Part shown: piece after piece, positions 1-6,417 of the stretch | Layout: the number at the start of each line of letters is the position of its first letter | Numbering within the stretch: position 1 is the stretch's first letter | Assembly (NCBI GenBank): GCA_965649115.1 | Contig: CBFGJN010000035.1 | Span: 1-19,519 of the forward strand | From: a candidate division WOR-3 bacterium | GTDB lineage: Bacteria; Hydrothermota; Hydrothermia; LBFQ01; DSFT01 | Length of the DNA: 19,519 nucleotides | Direction: 5' to 3' | Made by a program: the position numbers and the translations under genes | Notes under the pieces: model-generated | What the model was told of the DNA's origin: nothing | The model's database searches: none | What the model saw: the letters and a program-made list of their open reading frames with translations, nothing else

Positions 1-82
1 GGTATGGACTTGGTTTGGTTGATGTTTGTCTTTACAAGGCGTTAAGCCTTGTTGAAATAGGTTTAGGGGGTTAAAAGGGGAG
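1..82 (+). promoter_or_regulatory. CRISPR leader, repeat-proximal part (truncated by window edge)
   Basis: Non-coding stretch abutting the first perfect repeat. The variant repeats lie at the opposite end of the array, so this should be the leader end. Contains inverted repeat ACAAGGC-gttaa-GCCTTGT (34-52). Confidence 0.65.
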
Positions 83-2716
83 GTTTCATCTGAACGTAGT
101 GGAATTTAAACTCATTAGTAAAGAATACTTCTATATTATTATCCTTTAGTTTCATCTGAACGTAGTGGAATTTAAACTTCTGTTTTCTTTTATACTTTCT
201 TTTAATTTTTGTTCTAGTTTCATCTGAACGTAGTGGAATTTAAACGCTTGTAGTTGCTCATAATTATACTCATCAGCATTGAAAGTTTCATCTGAACGTA
301 GTGGAATTTAAACTTACTATAAATTCAGCGGGCGATGTCCACAAAGCTCTATTGTTTCATCTGAACGTAGTGGAATTTAAACTCAGTAGTAACAATTGGA
401 ACAGAGCCCCATACATCACCGTTTCATCTGAACGTAGTGGAATTTAAACCAAACAGCTAGCGCTCCACTTAGTAATATAGCCATATTGTTTCATCTGAAC
501 GTAGTGGAATTTAAACTCTCTACATTCTCGAATCTTTACAATAAGAACACGCCCCGTTTCATCTGAACGTAGTGGAATTTAAACAATATTGAATTTATAA
601 ATTCAATCTCTTTTTCTAAATCTTGTTTCATCTGAACGTAGTGGAATTTAAACATTTTAATCTATAGTGTGTCGTATCAATTAAGTAATAATGTTTCATC
701 TGAACGTAGTGGAATTTAAACTATGAACAAATCCTCTTTCGGGAGGGATAGGATTATATCCCTCGTTTCATCTGAACGTAGTGGAATTTAAACGTTACTG
801 CTTTGTTGATAATAAAGCCTACATTTCTGTTTCATCTGAACGTAGTGGAATTTAAACAATTCAAATTTACTCTCTATGTCTGTTATCCATTTTACATGTT
901 TCATCTGAACGTAGTGGAATTTAAACCATGGGAAGTAATCTTCTTGATCTTTCTTCTGATTCGTTTCATCTGAACGTAGTGGAATTTAAACGCTATGTTA
1001 CCTTTTGGTCTTCTTGATAATCCTTTTGTGTTTCATCTGAACGTAGTGGAATTTAAACACTAAGCGTTGAGACCTTGTCCCTCACCACTCCCCTTCTAGT
1101 TTCATCTGAACGTAGTGGAATTTAAACTTATAAATAAATTTCATTATACCCCATTATTTTAAAAGTTTCATCTGAACGTAGTGGAATTTAAACTAATTTT
1201 AATGTCGTAATATCTAATGTAGTAGTATGTTTCATCTGAACGTAGTGGAATTTAAACAATATTGAATTTATAAATTCAATCTCTTTTTCTAAATCTTGTT
1301 TCATCTGAACGTAGTGGAATTTAAACGGGCGGGCGGAGGGGGGAGAGAACCTCCCCCGGCAGAGTTTCATCTGAACGTAGTGGAATTTAAACTTTTTTGT
1401 TTCTTTCCATAGCTTTTACCTCCTTTTTGGTTTCATCTGAACGTAGTGGAATTTAAACTCTTCTCTGTATTTTAGTTTTAAATATTTCATTAATGCTGTT
1501 TCATCTGAACGTAGTGGAATTTAAACCAATATCATTAGTCATAATATAAAGACCATTACCAAAAGTTTCATCTGAACGTAGTGGAATTTAAACAATTTAT
1601 AAATTGTTTCTCCGGTTCTTAAATTTTTCCATTGTTTCATCTGAACGTAGTGGAATTTAAACGATAACTACTTTTTCTTCGTTACTAAGGCTTTTATGAG
1701 TTTCATCTGAACGTAGTGGAATTTAAACAGTATATTTCCTATCAACATTGTTTCCTGAATTGAATCGTTTCATCTGAACGTAGTGGAATTTAAACCCCCC
1801 TCCCCGGCGGGACCCAGCCGAACTCCCCCCCAAGTTTCATCTGAACGTAGTGGAATTTAAACTGCTCCCCTCTGCCCAAGCGTTGTGTCCTGATCCGCGT
1901 TTCATCTGAACGTAGTGGAATTTAAACTTACTAATAGTATTGCTGTTAAATTATAATAAAATGTTTCATCTGAACGTAGTGGAATTTAAACCTTTTTCCG
2001 TTATTTTTATATCGTAATACCTAACAAAGGTTTCATCTGAACGTAGTGGAATTTAAACTTATAGTAATAAAGCAATAAGCCCCTTCTTTTTTTAGTTTCA
2101 TCTGAACGTAGTGGAATTTAAACGTAGTCTATTTTCTTCTATTTTTTCTTTTATAGACATGTTTCATCTGAACGTAGTGGAATTTAAACTCGTTATATTC
2201 TCCATCAATTTGATAAGCTAAATTCTTGGTTTCATCTGAACGTAGTGGAATTTAAACCCCTCTAAAATTTTTTTATTTACTAATAAAATTCTCGTTTCAT
2301 CTGAACGTAGTGGAATTTAAACGATACTCAAAAAATGCTATTAACTGCTATGTTTAGAGTTTCATCTGAACGTAGTGGAATTTAAACTTAGCTCCTGTTA
2401 TCATTTCTCTTTTAAAATTATAAATGTTTCATCTGAACGTAGTGGAATTTAAACTGGCACATTATATTTGAAGCTCTTTGAGAAGCTAGATGGTTTCATC
2501 TGAACGTAGTGGAATTTAAACATTAGTGATGCTTTTTATTTGTATATTGGATTAAATGTTTCATCTGAACATAGTGGAATTTAAACCGCCAAAAAATGTT
2601 TGTTTTGTTATTCTATATTCTAGTTTCATCTGAACATAGTGGAATTTAAACTTATTTAATGTGCTTTGAAAACTCTACTTCCATTTTGTTTCATCTGAAC
2701 ATAGTGGAATTTAAAC
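83..2716 (+). CRISPR. CRISPR array, 40 repeats of 29 bp (GTTTCATCTGAACGTAGTGGAATTTAAAC) and 39 spacers of 35-43 bp; repeat resembles type I-B/III-associated families
   Basis: Repeats counted by hand from 83-111 to 2688-2716. The last three (2558, 2623, 2688) carry G>A (GAACATAGT). The 3' end ATTTAAAC resembles the ATTGAAAC Cas6 handle. Strand inferred from the trailer variants; subtype cannot be fixed without cas genes. Confidence 0.99.
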
Positions 2717-2768
2717 CTTTGATGTTTTGACATCAGAAAATCTTGTAGTACTTGCTTTTGAGGTAGTC

Positions 2769-2816
2769 GGAAAAAATATAGAAAAATAAAAACTTTTAGA
2801 ATTATTAGACAAATCA
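2769..2816 (+). repeat. Partial copy (A) of dispersed intergenic element
   Basis: 2778-2816 matches 19168-19206 at 33/39 ungapped positions (hand alignment). Confidence 0.75.
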
Positions 2817-2835
2817 AAAACTTATGCTTTAAAAT
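2806..2835 (+). promoter_or_regulatory. Putative sigma70-type promoter of the ankyrin gene (TAGACA-18 nt-TAAAAT)
   Basis: -35/-10-like hexamers, with TTATGCTT directly before the -10. ATG lies 9 nt downstream with no Shine-Dalgarno. Confidence 0.5.
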
Positions 2836-2844
2836 TTTAAAACT

Positions 2845-3951
2845 ATGAATTTAGTTAAAACTGTTATCAATCTTATAAAACAAAATGACCTTGAGGCTTT
2901 CAAGAAAGTTGTAGAGGAATATGAACTTCATATAAATTATCCATCGTTCGATTCAAAAAGATTTGGAACATTTCTTATTGAAAATGATGCTCCATTTGAG
3001 TTTTATAAATTCGTTTATGATAAGACTTATAAGCCTAAAATTCTTCCTGATATTCTTCCCGCAGTATTAAGAGGTAAATTAGATTATATTAAATTTTTTC
3101 ACCAAACAGGTGAAAATCTAAAAGTATATGATGAAAAAGGTAATTCAATTTTACACTATGCAGTAATGAGTGGTAATGAGGAACTTGTAAAATTTATATT
3201 AGAAGTTAAAATTGTTGATGTAAATGAAAAGAATGATGAAGGTAAAACCCCATTAGATATAGCAATTGAAAAAGGTTTTGAAAATATTGCTAATTTAATT
3301 AAATCTTATGGTGGAATTGAAACAATAAAATTTGAAGAGCCAAAAGAAGAAACTGTTGAGAATGAAAAAGAAAAAAATTTTGAAGTAATTATGATAGAAG
3401 AGATTGACGAAAGTGAAATAGAGAAAGGATGTTTAAATCAGGAAGATGAAATTCTTTATACACTATTAAAGCTTGCTGAAAATTCAAAAGATGATAGAAA
3501 AATGTTAAAAGAATTTGAAAGACTATTAAATGAACATATTGATTATTTAATAGAAGAAAGTTATTCATTTTCACGTTTATCATATCCTTGGACAATTGAT
3601 GTTATTTTGAGCTTGTTGGAAAAAAGAAACTATACTGATTTTTCTAAAATTTACGAAATTATATACTTTGCAGTTGATAAATTAATTGATATGCAAAGAA
3701 GCTATAAGGAAATAATTCCAATCCTTAAAAATCATAAAGAATTTTTAATTTCACTAAGAGGCGAGAAAGGTGAAACACTTTTACATGAAGCAGTTAATGA
3801 AAGGGATTATTATTTGGTTAAAATTTTTGTGGATTTGGGATTTGATATAAATCATGAAAACTATGAGGGAGAAACTCCACTTGCTATTGCTATTAGAAGA
3901 GAAGACCGTTTGATAGAAGAATTTTTAAGAAGTAAAGGTGCTTCTTTATAG
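2845..3951 (+). CDS. Ankyrin-repeat protein, 368 aa, two ankyrin modules separated by an acidic linker
   Basis: Ankyrin consensus repeats GNSILHYAVMSGNEELVKFIL, GKTPLDIAIEKGFENIANLI, GETLLHEAVNERDYYLVKIFV, GETPLAIAIRREDRLIEEFL. Confidence 0.9.
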   Translation: MNLVKTVINLIKQNDLEAFKKVVEEYELHINYPSFDSKRFGTFLIENDAPFEFYKFVYDKTYKPKILPDILPAVLRGKLDYIKFFHQTGENLKVYDEKGNSILHYAVMSGNEELVKFILEVKIVDVNEKNDEGKTPLDIAIEKGFENIANLIKSYGGIETIKFEEPKEETVENEKEKNFEVIMIEEIDESEIEKGCLNQEDEILYTLLKLAENSKDDRKMLKEFERLLNEHIDYLIEESYSFSRLSYPWTIDVILSLLEKRNYTDFSKIYEIIYFAVDKLIDMQRSYKEIIPILKNHKEFLISLRGEKGETLLHEAVNERDYYLVKIFVDLGFDINHENYEGETPLAIAIRREDRLIEEFLRSKGASL

Positions 3952-4010
3952 AAGAATTTTTAAATAGTGAAGCTTTCTAATGTTTTATTTATTAAAAGGC
4001 AAATTTTTTA

Positions 4011-4131
4011 TGCTTTGTCCAATAATTCTGATACTATTTATTTTTCTATGTTTTCCCCACCCGCCCAAAATTAAAGCCTACGGCTTTAAAATGCCCATTT
4101 TTCGGCAGTGGGGGGCTCTGCCCCCCATAAA
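4011..4131 (-). repeat. Full copy (B) of dispersed two-hairpin intergenic element, bounded by 21-bp direct repeats (3996-4016 and 4135-4155)
   Basis: Reverse complement aligns ungapped to 19086-19206 at 89/121. Hairpins TTAAAGCC-tac-GGCTTTAA (4071-4089) and TGGGGGGC-tct-GCCCCCCA (4109-4127). Confidence 0.85.
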
Positions 4132-4166
4132 GACAAGGCAAATTTTTTATGCTTTAAAATTTCAAA

Positions 4167-4628
4167 ATGGATAAGATAACAAAAGATAAGGTCGTTGAAA
4201 TAGAATATAGTCTATATGATAGCGAAGGAAATCTGATAGAGCAATCTCAGAGCTTCAAATATCTTCATGGACACAGAAATATAATAATAGGTCTTGAAGA
4301 AGGTCTTGAAGGTCTATCAGTAGGCGAAGAAAAAGAAATTATTGTCACTCCGGAAAAAGCTTATGGAAATTATGATTTTGAAGCAATTCAAAACATTCCT
4401 ATGGATGTATTTGAAGGTTTTGAAATTAAAGAGGGTGAAAGTTATTATGCTCAATCAGAACAGGGTGAAATAATTCAATTCAAAGTTCTAAAAATAGATA
4501 AACTAAATAATGAGGTAATTGTTGATTTTAATCATCCTCTTGCGGGAAAGACACTTATATTTAATGTAAAAATAAAATCAATTAGAGATGCTACAAAAGA
4601 GGAATTAGAGCACGGACATCCTCACTAA
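4167..4628 (+). CDS. slyD: FKBP-type peptidyl-prolyl isomerase, SlyD family, short His tail
   Basis: Motifs YLHGHRNIIIGLEEGLEG, VTPEKAYG, VDFNHPLAGKTLIF, IRDATKEELEHGHPH. Confidence 0.95.
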   Translation: MDKITKDKVVEIEYSLYDSEGNLIEQSQSFKYLHGHRNIIIGLEEGLEGLSVGEEKEIIVTPEKAYGNYDFEAIQNIPMDVFEGFEIKEGESYYAQSEQGEIIQFKVLKIDKLNNEVIVDFNHPLAGKTLIFNVKIKSIRDATKEELEHGHPH

Positions 4629-5396
4629 TTTATCTATCTCAATAAGTTGTTTTAATAAACTTTCTAATTGAGAGAGAGGGTATTGGGTTTGAGCATCACT
4701 TAATGCTTTTTCTGGATTAGGATGGACCTCCATAAATAATCCATCTACTCCAACTGCAACAGCAGCCCTTGCCAAATAAGGTATAAATTCCCTCTCTCCT
4801 CCACTAAAACCATTTCCAGCAGAAGGTTTTTGAAGTGAATGAGTAGCATCATATATCACAGGATAACCAAATTTTTTCATTATCACGATACTTCTAAAAT
4901 CTACTACAAGATTATTATAACCAAAAATATAACCCCTTTCAGTAATCCATATATTTCTATTTCCAACACTCTCAATTTTTTCAATTACAAACTTAATATC
5001 CCAGGGAGCCATAAACTGAGCTTTTTTAACATTTACAATTTTTCCAGTTTTTGAAACTTCTAAAATTAAGTCCGTTTGCCTTGAAAGAAAAGCAGGAATT
5101 TGAATAACATCTACAACTTCTGCCACTTTTTCGACATCATGAACATCATGAACATCTGTAAGAACTTTTATATTTAATTGTTTCTTTAATTCTTTTAATA
5201 TTGCTAAACCTTTTTCAATACCAGGACCTCTAAAACTTTTAATTGAGGTTCTATTTGCTTTATCATAAGATGTTTTAAAAACGAAATCCAAATTTAATCT
5301 ATCTGTAATTTCCTTTAATTTTTTAGCAGTCTCAAAAACCAAATCCTCACTTTCAATAACACAAGGTCCAGCTATCAAAAAAAATCTATTTCTCAT
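4605..5396 (-). CDS. kdsA: KDO-8-phosphate synthase
   Basis: IAGPCVIES, SYDKANRTS, QIPAFLSRQTDL, DATHSLQKP, FMEVHPNPEKALSD. The Cys in GPC indicates the metal-dependent class. Confidence 0.97.
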   Translation of the reverse strand: MRNRFFLIAGPCVIESEDLVFETAKKLKEITDRLNLDFVFKTSYDKANRTSIKSFRGPGIEKGLAILKELKKQLNIKVLTDVHDVHDVEKVAEVVDVIQIPAFLSRQTDLILEVSKTGKIVNVKKAQFMAPWDIKFVIEKIESVGNRNIWITERGYIFGYNNLVVDFRSIVIMKKFGYPVIYDATHSLQKPSAGNGFSGGEREFIPYLARAAVAVGVDGLFMEVHPNPEKALSDAQTQYPLSQLESLLKQLIEIDKLVRMSVL

Positions 5397-5905
5397 ATCA
5401 AATCTCTCAGTTTAAGCTTAACACCAAAAATATCAATCTCATCATCAAAGCTTAAAACTTTTTTATTCCCTAAATTGTCAATATCCCAAATTTCTTCTTT
5501 ATCAAGAAATATCCATATCTGCCTCTTAATACCAAATTTTAAATAATCAGAAATTTTCTTTTTAATATAGCGAATTGATTTCTTGCTATCTTCTATTTCA
5601 ATAATTAAATTTGGAGGTTCTTTAATTGCTTCAAAATCATCTGAATAATTTTTCTTACTTATTAAAACAATATCAGCAGCCCTTATATTATAATCATCAA
5701 TTTTCAAAGCGACTTCATTTGTAAGAATTTCAAAATTACTTCTTATTGGAGAAAGCTCTAAAACCAAGTTTGCGCAAAGCTTACCATGTCTTTTATAAGC
5801 AGGCATCTTTTTAATCCTTTTTCCATTAACAATCTCCTCCCATTCTTTTAACTTACCTTCTAAAAAGTCTTTATATGTCCAAACTTTCTTTGTCTTCGTT
5901 TTCAT
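5393..5905 (-). CDS. Uma2-family (DUF820-like) PD-(D/E)XK nuclease-fold protein, paralog 2
   Basis: Uma2 architecture: WTYKDF, EIVNG, MP..RH, ADIVLI, PNLIIEI, K..DYLKFGI..IWI. Confidence 0.8.
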   Translation of the reverse strand: MKTKTKKVWTYKDFLEGKLKEWEEIVNGKRIKKMPAYKRHGKLCANLVLELSPIRSNFEILTNEVALKIDDYNIRAADIVLISKKNYSDDFEAIKEPPNLIIEIEDSKKSIRYIKKKISDYLKFGIKRQIWIFLDKEEIWDIDNLGNKKVLSFDDEIDIFGVKLKLRDLI

Positions 5906-6417
5906 ATCAAATTCCTTAATTTAATTTTAACACCAAAAATATCAATCTCATCATCAAAGCTTAAAACTTTTTTATTCCCTAAATTGTCAATATCCCAAAC
6001 TTCTTCTTTATCAAGAAATATCCATATCTGCCTCTTAATACCAAATTTTAAATAATCATCTATCTTCTTATTTATATATCTCCTCTTTAATTTACCCTCC
6101 TCTATCTCAATAACTAATTCAATTTCACAATCCAAAGCCCCAAAATTTTCAATATAATTAACATTTTTTATTAAAACAATATCAGCAGCTCTTATATTGT
6201 AATCATCAATTTTTATTGAAACTTCTCCTAAAAGAATTTTAAAATGATTTCTTAATTTCAAATTTAATTGAAATCCAATATCATTTAGCAATCTGGCATG
6301 TCTTTTATAGGCAGGCATCTTTTTAACCTTTTTTCCATCAACAATTTCTTCCCACTCATTTAACTTACCCTCTAAAAAATCTTTATATGTCCAAACTTTC
6401 TTTGTTTTCGTTTTCAT
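5902..6417 (-). CDS. Uma2-family (DUF820-like) PD-(D/E)XK nuclease-fold protein, paralog 1
   Basis: Same motifs as the neighbour; tandem duplicate with ATGA overlaps on both sides. Confidence 0.8.
   Translation of the reverse strand: MKTKTKKVWTYKDFLEGKLNEWEEIVDGKKVKKMPAYKRHARLLNDIGFQLNLKLRNHFKILLGEVSIKIDDYNIRAADIVLIKNVNYIENFGALDCEIELVIEIEEGKLKRRYINKKIDDYLKFGIKRQIWIFLDKEEVWDIDNLGNKKVLSFDDEIDIFGVKIKLRNLI

Noticed and set aside
383..420. Spacer 5 shares CAGAGCCCC with the element hairpin (possible self-targeting)
   Set aside because: Only 9 nt match and the flanks do not align.
1188..1370. 60-aa minus-strand ORF
   Set aside because: Lies within the CRISPR array; the repeated FKFHYVQMK is just the translated repeat.
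2388..2425. Spacer 35 resembles the tuf MITGA region near 18652-18666
   Set aside because: About 12/14 local identity only; the rest does not align, so it is not a self-target.
3389..3595. 68-aa ORF antisense to the ankyrin gene
   Set aside because: Shadow ORF with no recognisable motif or RBS.
4109..4127. GC hairpin as an intrinsic terminator
   Set aside because: No adjacent U-tract on either strand, ~160 bp from the ankyrin stop, and part of the dispersed element.
3980..4174. 64-aa hydrophobic ORF upstream of slyD
   Set aside because: Runs through the non-coding repeat element and slyD promoter; its hydrophobicity reflects T-rich DNA, and it has no RBS.
5393..6417. Uma2 pair as DGR template/variable repeats, or as Cas4
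   Set aside because: Differences are not adenine-specific, there is no reverse transcriptase in the window, and there is no Cas4 Fe-S cysteine cluster.
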